From Candidatus Bathyarchaeota archaeon (GTDB lineage Archaea > Thermoproteota > Bathyarchaeia > Bathyarchaeales > Bathycorpusculaceae), in assembly GCA_963775685.1 (NCBI GenBank), contig CAVZJV010000014.1, forward strand, positions 224,001 through 288,000: a stretch of DNA of 64,000 nucleotides, given 5' to 3'. Of the stretch, positions 1-10,009 are shown piece by piece. Under the pieces are notes generated by a model. The model was given only the letters and a program-made list of their open reading frames with translations. It did no database searches and was not told where the DNA came from. The translations under genes were made by a program, and so were the position numbers. Every line of letters begins with the position of its first letter. The first letter of the stretch is position 1.

Positions 1-360
1 GAGGAAGCCCACCTCTATCTGCGCGAGACTTACTGGGATGACATCGTCACCCGGATGCGTCACTACGGCTTATTCACCACATTCATAACAAACCAGCCTG
101 ACACCATCCAGGAAACAATTTACCGCCAAGCCGACAACATATTTCTCTTCAACTTCACCAACGAACATGACCTTGACGTGGTTTCAAGGGCGGCACGTGT
201 GGATGCAGAGACAGTTAGGTCAATTGCCCGTGATTTGCCACCCCACCACTGCTTAACTTTAGGCAAAGTGGTCAGGGACTTTCCCATAGTTGCCCGCGTC
301 AGAGCCTTAGATATCAAAACTCTGGGAGAAACTCGCCTGTTTTTTAAGGATACGAATTAA
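1..360 (+). CDS. HerA/FtsK-family (DUF87-like) ATPase, C-terminal part, 5'-truncated by the window
   Basis: Frame opens at base 1 with EEAH (Walker B of the HerA family), followed by RMRHYG..FITNQP..IYRQADN..F, typical HerA C-terminal motifs. Confidence 0.8.
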   Translation, partial: EEAHLYLRETYWDDIVTRMRHYGLFTTFITNQPDTIQETIYRQADNIFLFNFTNEHDLDVVSRAARVDAETVRSIARDLPPHHCLTLGKVVRDFPIVARVRALDIKTLGETRLFFKDTN

Positions 361-788
361 GTTCTCTAATTTTTTCCTGTTTTGCCTGAAAAAAAGCCTA
401 AAAGAAGCTGTCAAATTGTAGGTCTCCACTTCTTCAAATGGTACCCAACGCAATTCCTGCGGCGTCGCTCGCCGCTTGGATAATGCCGCTTTTACATGGA
501 CAAGGTAGTCGATGATGACGTAGTGGTATTTGACTTTGCCCTGCTCATCGAGGTCAACGTTGCCGACAACATCGATTAGCTTTGGGTTTTCCACGTCCAA
601 GCAGGTTTCCTCTTTGGCTTCCCGGATAACGGTTGCCTCCACGCTTTCGCCCAGTTCAACCAAGCCGCCGGGGATGGTCCATTTGCCCTTGCTGGGTTCA
701 TTACCGCGCTTAATCAGGGCAATTTGCAGTCGTGTACGATTACGACTCCTATGCCTACGATTGGTTGGTCAGGATACATTCTCTTCAT
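307..788 (-). CDS. NUDIX hydrolase, frameshifted (probably sequencing indels)
   Basis: ATG at 788 gives MKRMYPDQPIVGIGVVI; after a frame change it reads LIKRGNEPSKGKWTIPGGLVELGESVEATVIREAKEETCL (Nudix box). The 3' end is uncertain. Confidence 0.8.
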
Positions 789-880
789 GCGGAAACATCT
801 CTGAGAAATTAATGATTTCGTATCTTAAAACTTGTATGGAACAAAGAAAAATAAAAAAAAAGAAAATCGGTTGATTGCGC

Positions 881-2224
881 TTACTCGTATCTTAGCGCTT
901 CAACCGGCTTAAGCTTTGATGCACGCCAAGCTGGGTAGAGGGCAAAGATTACGCTGACTCCAACTCCGAACGCCAACGCGCCTATCAATACTTCAGGAGT
1001 CAGTAATGGAATTATGGTGAATCCACCTCCTCCTCCAAATGCTCCTGAACCCAAGATGCTAGCAGTAATGTTTGCTAAGATCCAACCTGAGACTATGCCG
1101 ATGACCGCGCCTAACAAGCCAATTATTATTGATTCGCCGAGGAATATGGTCAGGACTGTTCTGCTTTTCATTCCTAATGCTTTGAGTATGCCGATTTCGC
1201 GTGTGCGCTCGATTAAGGAAACTATCATGATGTTCATTATTCCTATGCCTGCAACTAATAGTGAGATTGCTGCGATTCCTCCCAAGAATAGCTGAAGGAT
1301 GCTGAAGATGTTTGTGAGTAAGCTGAGCACTGCGGTTGCGGATATGACGGATACTTGGTTGCTGAAGTGGTCAGTTATGGCTTTGGAAACGTTGGTTATG
1401 GTTGAGTTGTCACTGTTTTTGAGTTGAACAATTATCATATCACACTGGGCTGTCCCAAAAAAGCTCTCTGCTTTGTCAATCGGAATGTAAACGCCCGTAT
1501 CAGATGGTCCGCCGATGCCGAAGCCACCGATTTTTCCAAGCACACCTGTGACGTCTGCAGTGTAAGTTTCGTTGACTGGTGGTAGGACTGTTGCGTTTGT
1601 CCAGGTCACATTGATTGTGTTGCCAGAGTCAAAGTAGATTGTTCCGTTTTGTCCAGGCTGGTTTACTCGTGTGCCCACTACTGCTTGGTTTTCAGATGGG
1701 CTGGTTGGGATTGTTCCGCTTGTAGCAACAAATGTTGTGCTGTAGAGCTGGGCGTACTGGTTGAAGTCGACACCGTAGATGGTGACCGTGCGGTTAAGAT
1801 TTTCTGTTTGAACGTACCCAGTTCGGCTTATTATGGCCATTGAGCTAACAATATCTGTTGATAAAGCTTCGATTTCATTTGTGTAGTTTACGTAGAGCTT
1901 GAAGCCTGAGTTGTCGTTTGCTCCTCCGCTGAAACCTCCGCTATCTGTGCCTCCACCAAAGCCTCCTCCCGCACCTGATCCGCCGCCGGAGCCTTGGCCC
2001 CCCCCGCTTAAAAAGCCGCCACTGCCAGGTGTCACAATCAGGGTATCAGCCGATAAACCTTGGTTGAGTTGATGGGTTAAGGTTGCCTGTAAACCCTGCG
2101 TTATCGATAACAGTGCTACTATGGCGGCTATGCCTATTACAACTCCAAGTGTGGTTAGGGCTGCTCTGAGTTTGCGGAGTTTAATAGCGCTAAAGGAGTA
2201 ACCGAAAATGTCGATTGTTTTCAT
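881..2224 (-). CDS. MacB/FtsX-type ABC transporter permease
   Basis: RAALTTLGVVIGIAAIV N-terminal TM; GIGIMNIMIVSLIERTREIGILKALG; YPAWRASKLKPVEALRYE. Confidence 0.93.
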   Translation of the reverse strand: MKTIDIFGYSFSAIKLRKLRAALTTLGVVIGIAAIVALLSITQGLQATLTHQLNQGLSADTLIVTPGSGGFLSGGGQGSGGGSGAGGGFGGGTDSGGFSGGANDNSGFKLYVNYTNEIEALSTDIVSSMAIISRTGYVQTENLNRTVTIYGVDFNQYAQLYSTTFVATSGTIPTSPSENQAVVGTRVNQPGQNGTIYFDSGNTINVTWTNATVLPPVNETYTADVTGVLGKIGGFGIGGPSDTGVYIPIDKAESFFGTAQCDMIIVQLKNSDNSTITNVSKAITDHFSNQVSVISATAVLSLLTNIFSILQLFLGGIAAISLLVAGIGIMNIMIVSLIERTREIGILKALGMKSRTVLTIFLGESIIIGLLGAVIGIVSGWILANITASILGSGAFGGGGGFTIIPLLTPEVLIGALAFGVGVSVIFALYPAWRASKLKPVEALRYE

Positions 2225-2225
2225 G

Positions 2226-2921
2226 TTAGTTTTCCACCTGAGTTGTGATTAGGCCATCAAACATTTGCACGGTGCGTTTTGCTTCATGAGCCAATTTCTG
2301 GTCATGAGTAACCATGATAATGCTGACTTTATTATCTACGTTTAATTTTTTAATTAACTCCAAAACTTCGCTTGCCGTTTTAGAGTCGACGTTGCCGGTC
2401 GGTTCATCCAGCAAAAGAAACTTGGGGCTGTTTGCCAAAGCACGTGCAATAGCGACACGTTGTTGTTGTCCTCCGCTTAATTCGGCAGGCTTATGGTTGA
2501 TTCTGTCTTTTAAGCCCACAGTTTCAAGAAGGTCGGTAGCTCGTTTTCTTCTCTCTCCTTTACTCGTGTTGGCAATAGACATGGCTAATTCAACATTGTC
2601 CCTTGCGGTTAATCTTGGAATTAAGTTGAAGAATTGGAAGACGAAACCTATTTTAAGCCTGATTTCGGCGAGTTCGTTGTCGTTTAGTTCAGAGATGTCT
2701 ACGCCATCGATTAGGAGTGTGCCAGCAGTTGGCTTATCTAGGGCACCGATGAGATTAAGCATAGTTGATTTGCCGCTTCCTGACGGTCCAAGGATGGATA
2801 CGAAATCTCCTCCCTCAACTTTGAGGTTTACACCCCGGAGAGCTTCAACTGGGACTTTACCCAGCATATAAGTCTTTTTAACATCAATCGCTTCTATAAC
2901 AGGTATATTTTTTGTTGACAT
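2226..2921 (-). CDS. LolD/MacB-type ABC ATP-binding protein
   Basis: GPSGSGKS, LSGGQQQR, LLLDEPT, VTHD; 1 bp from the permease. Confidence 0.95.
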   Translation of the reverse strand: MSTKNIPVIEAIDVKKTYMLGKVPVEALRGVNLKVEGGDFVSILGPSGSGKSTMLNLIGALDKPTAGTLLIDGVDISELNDNELAEIRLKIGFVFQFFNLIPRLTARDNVELAMSIANTSKGERRKRATDLLETVGLKDRINHKPAELSGGQQQRVAIARALANSPKFLLLDEPTGNVDSKTASEVLELIKKLNVDNKVSIIMVTHDQKLAHEAKRTVQMFDGLITTQVEN

Positions 2922-2980
2922 TCTTTTCTCGCGCTTCTATTGCATTTGATTTTTACCTTTATTTAAAGACTAGTTAAATC

Positions 2981-3582
2981 TTAAAAAAGAAAAAATATTA
3001 AGCTGATTGATTTTTGTCTTATTTGTTTTGGTATCTCCATGACAATCCAACACAGATTGCTGTGACGATGACTGCAAAGGTTCCCCTCGAAAGCAAAGTC
3101 AAGAGTTAGTGGTCCAAAACCGTCGCTAAAAACAATAAGTCTTCTTACCGCGTCGATTGTGTAGAAAATTGGGTTTATACTTGCAATCGCTTGTAACCAG
3201 CTGGGCATTTGGGCGATGGGGAAGTATGCGCTGCTTGCAAACATTAGTGGTAGTGTTATGAGTTGGAAGATTGCTTGAGGCATTTCCATTCTTGTTGCTC
3301 TAAGTGTGAGGGCGGTGAAGAACGATGACTATACCGATGCTGATTAGAAATACAATTGCGAATGCGCCGAATATGCTAAGCGCGCTAAAGTTGCTTCCAG
3401 TGATAAGTCCCAATGCGAACGCGATTAGGGCAACGATTGCTGATCGGAAGATTACGCGGATGCTGGGAGCTAAGACCTTGGAGAGAATTATGGGTGATCT
3501 TGCTACTTGGGTGCTTAGGACCTTGTTCAATAAGCTCTACAAGGAAGTTATAGAAAAAATCCCGCCAGATCGTATCGTGCAA
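2981..3582 (-). pseudogene. ABC-2 type permease remnant
   Basis: Fragments NKVLST...ILSKVLA and LPLMFASSAYFPIAQMPSWLQAIASINP lie in separate ORFs; the N-terminus is missing. Confidence 0.65.
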
Positions 3583-3636
3583 AAATGTAAGTTTAAATCT
3601 ACACCCAATTAATATTCAATTATGGAGCATCATTAA

Positions 3637-4443
3637 TTGTCTTACGTCTTCAATATACCCTATCGTAGCAACCTAAGACTTAAAGCTGTAATGGAAAGAG
3701 TTAAAGACGACAAAAAACTCAAAACCTATTGGTGGTGCGCAAATGTTATGGCGATTGAGCGCATGGGATACACTGACCATGGACCAACCCATGTGAAAAT
3801 TGTAGCCAACCTCGGTCTTAAGCTTCTTCGGATTCTAACGGAAAAGAAACTCATCACTCCCAGCATAGTAGAAAATTACAATATGAAAAACGAGGATGCT
3901 GAAGTGGTTGTTGTGTTGGGCTCAATTTTTCACGATTTGGGAATGATTGTGCAGCGGAATAACCATGAAAAATACAGTGCCTTCTTGGCCATGGAGTTCT
4001 TCGAAAAGTTCCTGACCCCAACCTACACTGAGGAAGAAAAAGCAATAATCACATCTGAGGTCCTCCACGCCATCGTAACCCACGAAGAATCGCCCAACAA
4101 TCAGCCAACAAACAGGATTTTAACCAAAGAAGCAGGAATCGTAGGAATCGCTGACGCTTTAGATATGGAATCTGGAAGGGCCAGGATTCCCTTTCAATCA
4201 GGAAAAGTAGATATTCACGCGGTTTCCGCCCTGTCTATAGAAAAAGTAGACATAGAGTTAGCAGAAAAAGGAGTAAAACCAATCAACATTAAAATCAAAA
4301 TGTCCAATTCCGCTGGGGTTTTCCAAATCGATGAGCTCCTAAAACCAAGAATTGTTAACTCAGGGCTCGAACAATTTTTCCATGTTATCGCAGAAATAAC
4401 AGGCGAAAAGGAAACGAGAATTATAGAAAAATTCGAAATCTAA
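3637..4443 (+). CDS. HD-superfamily phosphohydrolase (archaeal type)
   Basis: DHGPTH...FHDLG...H...ADALD metal-binding pattern. Confidence 0.85.
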   Translation: MSYVFNIPYRSNLRLKAVMERVKDDKKLKTYWWCANVMAIERMGYTDHGPTHVKIVANLGLKLLRILTEKKLITPSIVENYNMKNEDAEVVVVLGSIFHDLGMIVQRNNHEKYSAFLAMEFFEKFLTPTYTEEEKAIITSEVLHAIVTHEESPNNQPTNRILTKEAGIVGIADALDMESGRARIPFQSGKVDIHAVSALSIEKVDIELAEKGVKPINIKIKMSNSAGVFQIDELLKPRIVNSGLEQFFHVIAEITGEKETRIIEKFEI

Positions 4444-4465
4444 CACCTCATTTTGGAGAAAAAAC

Positions 4466-6190
4466 ATGATTCATCAATACGATGTTGTTGTCATCGGAGG
4501 CGGAATCGCAGGATTATATGCCGCCCTAACTGCTCAAGAAAATTCCAAAGTCGCAGTAGTAAGCAAGGTACATGTTACTCGTTCCCATTCGGTTGCTGCA
4601 CAAGGCGGAATCGCGGCAAGCCTTGGAAACGAGGAGGAAGACCATTGGGAATGGCACATGTATGATACAATCAAAGGCAGTGATTTTCTCGCCGATCAGA
4701 ATACAGTGGAGATTTTAGCAAAGTCAGCCCCAACGGCTATCTGGACGCTCGAGCACATGGGAGTTCCCTTTAGCCGAAACAAAGAAGGCAATATTGACCA
4801 ACGCCGATTCGGAGGACACACCAAAAAATTCGGCGAAGCACCGGTCAAACGTGCATGCTACGTTTCAGACCGCACAGGAAGAGCAATAATGGATACCCTC
4901 TACGACAGCTGCATCCAAAAAGGCGTAATCTTCTACAATGAAATATTCATTCAGCATCTGCTTTTTGAATTAAACAACTGTTGTGGAGCTGCAGGGTACG
5001 ACGTGGCAACTACGCAGCCTCATGTTTTTCATGCTAAAGCGTTAGTGCTCGCCACAGGAGGAAGCGGAAAAATCTACAAAACCACGAGCAACGGCTTTGC
5101 ATCAACGGGCGATGGCTTCGCATTAGCGCTCGAGGCAGTTTTGCCGCTTGAGGACATGGAGTTTGTGCAGTTTCACCCAACAGGCATCTATGGATTGGGG
5201 ATTCTCATAAGTGAAGCGGCAAGAGCAGAAGGCGGCGTTTTAAGGAACGGTCTTGGTGAACCTTTCATGGAGCGGTATGCGCCCACGCTCAAGGATTTAG
5301 CGCCTAGAGACATAGTTTCACGTGCAATCCTTAGTGAAATAAGCGAGGGCAAAGGTATAGAAGGCAAAGACTACGTTTACCTGGATTTGACAAGCATCGG
5401 TAAAGAAAGTCTAAACCAGAAGCTACCAGAAATAACATCTTTCGTTAAAACCTACTTGGGAATTGACCCAAGCCAAACGCCAATTCCTGTTGCACCAACC
5501 TGCCATTATACGATGGGCGGAATCCCAACTGATGTTGACGGACATGTATTGGCAGACAAAGTTGGGACAATTCTGCCAGGTTTGTATGCGGTTGGAGAAT
5601 CTGCATGCGTGAGCGTTCATGGAGCAAACCGTTTAGGTTGCAACTCACTGATTGACTTGGTTGTTTTCGGGCACAGAACGGGTTTAAGTATTCTAAAAGA
5701 GATTAAAGCAAAAATCATTCATCCGCTTCCTTTACAAGCCGAAAATATCGTAATAGATAAAATAAGCAGTTTACTAGAATCTGAAGGCAACGAATGTGTT
5801 GCAGTCTTGCGGGAAACATTGCAGTGCTTGATGACAGAGCAATGCAGTGTCTTTAGGAACGGGCAAACCCTTAAGAATGCGCTTGTGCAAATTCGCCACT
5901 TAAAAAAACGTTACATTAACATTAACGTAGCTAACAAGTCCAAAGTCTTCAACTATGAGTTGCAAGAAGCCTTAGAGTTAAGTAACATGCTTAGGGTTGC
6001 TGAGGTTATTGTTTATTCAGCGCTTCTGCGCACTGAAAGCCGGGGAGCCCATTTCCGAAGCGATTACCCAGAACGAAACGACGAAGAATGGCTCAAACAC
6101 ACTTTCGTTAACCAAACCCCAACCAGCCTGCAAGAAAACTTCAAACCTTTGCTACCGGGCAGGTTTGAGCCCCAATTGCGGAGGTATTAA
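4466..6190 (+). CDS. sdhA: Succinate dehydrogenase/fumarate reductase flavoprotein subunit
   Basis: GGGIAG, RSHSVAAQGG (covalent-FAD His), QFHPTG, SEAARAEGG, HYTMGG, HGANRLG, ESRGAH. Confidence 0.95.
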   Translation: MIHQYDVVVIGGGIAGLYAALTAQENSKVAVVSKVHVTRSHSVAAQGGIAASLGNEEEDHWEWHMYDTIKGSDFLADQNTVEILAKSAPTAIWTLEHMGVPFSRNKEGNIDQRRFGGHTKKFGEAPVKRACYVSDRTGRAIMDTLYDSCIQKGVIFYNEIFIQHLLFELNNCCGAAGYDVATTQPHVFHAKALVLATGGSGKIYKTTSNGFASTGDGFALALEAVLPLEDMEFVQFHPTGIYGLGILISEAARAEGGVLRNGLGEPFMERYAPTLKDLAPRDIVSRAILSEISEGKGIEGKDYVYLDLTSIGKESLNQKLPEITSFVKTYLGIDPSQTPIPVAPTCHYTMGGIPTDVDGHVLADKVGTILPGLYAVGESACVSVHGANRLGCNSLIDLVVFGHRTGLSILKEIKAKIIHPLPLQAENIVIDKISSLLESEGNECVAVLRETLQCLMTEQCSVFRNGQTLKNALVQIRHLKKRYININVANKSKVFNYELQEALELSNMLRVAEVIVYSALLRTESRGAHFRSDYPERNDEEWLKHTFVNQTPTSLQENFKPLLPGRFEPQLRRY

Positions 6191-6191
6191 A

Positions 6192-6914
6192 CTGAAAGTT
6201 ACCTTCAAAATTTACCGCTTTAGCCCGGAAACCGATGTTGGGCCTCACTACGACATCTTTAACATAGACGCAAAGCCAAATGAACGAATACTCGACTGCC
6301 TAAACCGAATCCGTTGGAAACAAGACAGTACACTTTCTTTTCGTATGTCGTGTGCTCATGGAATCTGCGGTTCAGACGGATTAACAATCAACAACCAATC
6401 CGCTTTGGCTTGTCAAAAACTAGTCAAAGACTATGACTTTTCCAAAGAAATTCTTGTTGAACCGCTAAGGTACTTTGAGGTTATTAAAGACTTGATTGTT
6501 GATTTAAAGCCTTTTTTTGAAAGAATCAAATCAATCACACCTCAGTTAGAACAAGAAAACATACTTGATGCACTTGAAAAGGAGCGAAACCAAAGCTTTG
6601 AGGAACGCAGCCGATTCGACGATGCCCTTAAATGCATTTTATGCGGTTGCTGCTATGGCGCTTGTCCAGTTATGACTGAACAGGATCACGAATTTGTAGG
6701 TCCAGCAGCAATCCTTAGGGCACAACGCTACATTTTTGATTCAAGAATAACTGATGCGAATAAACGTTTGCAAATCATTCAGAAGCCTCATGGAGTTTGG
6801 GGCTGCAAAAGCTACTATGTGTGCACGATAGTTTGTCCAAAGCACATTAAAGTCACAGAAGCCATACTTAAAACTAAAAAGAAAATAATCCAAGAAAAAC
6901 CCAAAACCCAATAG
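6192..6914 (+). CDS. sdhB: Succinate dehydrogenase/fumarate reductase Fe-S subunit
   Basis: SCAHGICGSD..C, CILCGCCYGACP, CKSYYVCTIVCP. The homologous start (x)KVTFKIYRF falls on CTG 6192, 6 nt after GGAGGT; the ORF-track start 5997 overlaps sdhA. Confidence 0.92.
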   Translation: MKVTFKIYRFSPETDVGPHYDIFNIDAKPNERILDCLNRIRWKQDSTLSFRMSCAHGICGSDGLTINNQSALACQKLVKDYDFSKEILVEPLRYFEVIKDLIVDLKPFFERIKSITPQLEQENILDALEKERNQSFEERSRFDDALKCILCGCCYGACPVMTEQDHEFVGPAAILRAQRYIFDSRITDANKRLQIIQKPHGVWGCKSYYVCTIVCPKHIKVTEAILKTKKKIIQEKPKTQ

Positions 6915-6931
6915 ACAGGAGAACAAATCGC

Positions 6932-8317
6932 ATGGAAACCAGAAGAGAAATCGACCCCTTAGGCGAAAAAGCAATTCCCAAAAACGCGTATTTTGGCATA
7001 CAAACCTTCAGGGCGACTGAGAATTTCCCTGTCAGCGGGATAAAAGAGCCAGAAGTGTTCATCAAGGCTTATGTTCTAATAAAAAAAGCCGCTGCCACCG
7101 CTAATATGCAAGTCGGTTGGCTGGATAAAAAAACTGGAATGGCAATCATCGAAGCATGTGATGAGGTTCTCGCCGGTAAGCTTCTGGACCAATTTGTAGT
7201 TGATGTTTTCCAAGCTGGCGCAGGAACATCGTTTAACATGAATGTTAACGAGGTTTTAGCTAACAAGGCATTGGAAATTCTTGGAAAACCGAAGGGTGAT
7301 TACAAGAATGTTGGTCCAAATGACCATGTTAATATGGGGCAATCCACAAACGATACATTTCCCACGGCTCTTCATGTTTCAGTTTTGATGGCGTTGAAGC
7401 CTTTGCTTGTTGCTTTGGATGGCTTGGCAAAGGCTTTTAAGGATATAGGCAAACAGACTGCCCACGTTCTAAAATCAGGCAGAACTCATCTTCAAGATGC
7501 TGTTCCAGTAACCATTGGGCAAGAGTTTAGCGCTTATGGTTCAGCAGTTGCTAACGCTTGTAACGAGTTGCACAAGCGGCAAGAAAACTTATATGCGGTT
7601 GCTTTAGGTGGAACAGCCACGGGAACAGGGGCTAACACGCATCCAGACTACAAGCGAATCGCCATCTATGAGTTGGCAAAGTTAGCGGGCTTCCCCCTTA
7701 AACCAGCAAAGAACAACTTTGAGGCACTCCAAAGTCACAGGGCAACGCAAACGGTTTCTAGCGGGCTAAAAGAGCTGGCGCTGGAGCTTATTCGCATAGC
7801 AAATGACTTGCGGCTTCTTTCTTCTGGTCCGACAACTGGGCTTAACGAGATTACTTTGCCACCTGTGCAGCCTGGTTCATCGATTATGCCTGGGAAGGTG
7901 AATCCTGTAATGGCAGAGTGTCTTGACATGGTGTCGTTTCAAGTGGTTGCTAACGATGCAGCTGTGGCGTTGGCTGTTCAGGCTGGACAACTTGAGCTTA
8001 ATGTTATGACACCAGCGATTGCATACAACATATTGTTCAGCATTCAAATCTTGAGCAACTACCTCCCATCCTTCACAGATAAATGTGTCAAAGGCATAAC
8101 CGTTGATGAGAAACGCTGTGAGCAATATCTGGAAAAGAACCCGTCGTTGGCTACATTGTTGGCGCCTAAAATCGGTTACTTAGAAGCTGCAAAAATCGCA
8201 AAGCAAGCCCAAGCTGAGAACAGAACAGTAAAAGAAGTCGCTCTTGAAAAAGAACTGCTAAAACCTGAGGAACTGGAAAAGATTTTTAGTCGCAAGAACC
8301 TACTAAACGAGCTATAA
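6932..8317 (+). CDS. Aspartate ammonia-lyase / class II fumarate hydratase
   Basis: GSSIMPGKVNP signature, GRTHLQDA, GQLELN; QSTNDTFPT is intermediate between AspA and FumC. Confidence 0.88.
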   Translation: METRREIDPLGEKAIPKNAYFGIQTFRATENFPVSGIKEPEVFIKAYVLIKKAAATANMQVGWLDKKTGMAIIEACDEVLAGKLLDQFVVDVFQAGAGTSFNMNVNEVLANKALEILGKPKGDYKNVGPNDHVNMGQSTNDTFPTALHVSVLMALKPLLVALDGLAKAFKDIGKQTAHVLKSGRTHLQDAVPVTIGQEFSAYGSAVANACNELHKRQENLYAVALGGTATGTGANTHPDYKRIAIYELAKLAGFPLKPAKNNFEALQSHRATQTVSSGLKELALELIRIANDLRLLSSGPTTGLNEITLPPVQPGSSIMPGKVNPVMAECLDMVSFQVVANDAAVALAVQAGQLELNVMTPAIAYNILFSIQILSNYLPSFTDKCVKGITVDEKRCEQYLEKNPSLATLLAPKIGYLEAAKIAKQAQAENRTVKEVALEKELLKPEELEKIFSRKNLLNEL

Positions 8318-8430
8318 CATAGCCTAGACTTAGTCGTGAATTTTTTCCATATATCCTCATTAATGGTGGAGACCGCGCTTGAGAGGACCGTTGCTGTGGG
8401 CGATCTCCCTTGCTTGATTAAAGCAGATTG

Positions 8431-9810
8431 TTAACCCGCAGTTCCATAACCGCTAACTTTAACGGTTGCATCTGTGGAGGTAGAACTCGTTTTCGCATCA
8501 ATTAAAATTGCCCAGATCACGCTTTGTGAGGGAAGCAACTGCATCATGTCGTCGTCGGATAGCCATACTGAGCTCCTGTTGGCAAATGTTCGAATGACGG
8601 GCGCTGAGATTATGTTGTCTACATATTCTATTCGGACTCTAACGGTTACTGTTTCGTTGTTGCTAAAGCTTCCACTGCTTTCAATTTTTGGTTTGAAAGA
8701 AAAAATCGTCAGCGGGCGAACCTGTATGATCTGGGCTATTCCGTATTGATTATTGGTGCCTACAGGAACGTTAACATCTTCACGTTTAAACAAGGTGCCT
8801 TTCCCAGATAACCAAATGCCTTGGGAATCGTGCACTTTAGCTGTCCAGTTGCCCAAGAAACTGACGCCGCTGTCAAGAATAGGCGCAGGATTGCAGTTGT
8901 CGCCAATATCGATACCGAACAAGTAGACGGGATCAGAGGCAAACGACTCGAACACTACGCCAAACAGCAACGTCTGATACATGGAACCATCAACATAGAG
9001 CCCTGTTTGGTTTGCTCTGCCGTTTTCACCAATCCAAAACCTGACATCTTGAATTTGGCTATCGGATAATTCGGCTAACTTTTCAACCTTGATGCCCTCC
9101 GAGAAGTCCCTGAGGTTAAAGGAGCACCGTTCGATAATTGAACTCGCATATGACCCTGTGGCGTTGATTGTTGCGCCTTCCGTGAGATTAATTATTGGTG
9201 TTCGGAAAGCTATGCCTTCGTTGGCGTTGAGGAATTGGCAATCTTCGACTTTGTTGTATTCGCTCCAGGTATTTGTGTTGGCGAATTCGATCCCTGTAGA
9301 GGTGTTTTCGAAAACTGAGTTTTGAATGGTGGTTCCAAAAGAGTTTTCAACCTTAATTGTGGCGTTGATTAATGTCAGTCCTGAGACAAGGGCGTTTTGT
9401 GAGGCTGTGTAGTTGTCGCCGTAAATTACTATTTTTTTTCCGTTGCCAATTATGGTGGCGTCGGTGTTGCTGACGATTTTGGCGTTTAACTTGTTTGAAA
9501 TGACAACATCGTCGGTTAAGAAGTAGGTTCCTGAATTAATGTAAATAGATTTTCCTTCCGATAAAGCGGAATTAAGCGCTGACGAAGCGCTTTTTGTTTG
9601 CTCCGAAACATAGCCGGTTAACATATTCTTTAACTTGTAATTGTTTCCGTCTCGAGAAAGAACGTAATCGAAATTCACTGCGTTGGTGCTCAATGATGAT
9701 TGAGTTCCTGCAAAAATCAGGTAAGTATTGAATGCCGACAAAACAAGCAGGACTGAAATAAGAATGGCGATGGCGCGTTTGGAGATGATTTTTGTGAGGG
9801 CATCTTTCAT
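8431..9810 (-). CDS. Secreted/anchored right-handed beta-helix (pectin-lyase-like) protein
   Basis: N-terminal hydrophobic helix; SALNSALSEGKSIYINSGTY cap motif; Asn/Ile-rich repeats. The fold is inferred. Confidence 0.6.
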   Translation of the reverse strand: MKDALTKIISKRAIAILISVLLVLSAFNTYLIFAGTQSSLSTNAVNFDYVLSRDGNNYKLKNMLTGYVSEQTKSASSALNSALSEGKSIYINSGTYFLTDDVVISNKLNAKIVSNTDATIIGNGKKIVIYGDNYTASQNALVSGLTLINATIKVENSFGTTIQNSVFENTSTGIEFANTNTWSEYNKVEDCQFLNANEGIAFRTPIINLTEGATINATGSYASSIIERCSFNLRDFSEGIKVEKLAELSDSQIQDVRFWIGENGRANQTGLYVDGSMYQTLLFGVVFESFASDPVYLFGIDIGDNCNPAPILDSGVSFLGNWTAKVHDSQGIWLSGKGTLFKREDVNVPVGTNNQYGIAQIIQVRPLTIFSFKPKIESSGSFSNNETVTVRVRIEYVDNIISAPVIRTFANRSSVWLSDDDMMQLLPSQSVIWAILIDAKTSSTSTDATVKVSGYGTAG

Positions 9811-9968
9811 TTTTGAGGGCTCGGCGGTTTAAGGTACATTTAAGAAGTATTGTTAATTAAATTTATTGATAAACTGCTTCGGAAATCCCCTGCTTTTTTT
9901 TGATGGAGTTATCTTTAGTAAATAACTTTGAAGCAAAACTGGCAACTTCTCATTTAAATATCACTTGA

Positions 9969-9985
9969 TTGTAATATTGTTACAA
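9969..9985. promoter_or_regulatory. Palindrome TTGTAA-N5-TTACAA just downstream of TATA-like TTTAAATA, upstream of the multicopper oxidase
   Basis: Read directly from the sequence; an operator role is inferred from position. Confidence 0.4.
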
Positions 9986-10009
9986 GAAAGCTGGTTCTGA
10001 GGTTTTTTA

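Noticed and set aside
1900-2030. GC-rich low-complexity repeat
   Set aside because: It encodes a Gly-rich linker within the ABC permease.
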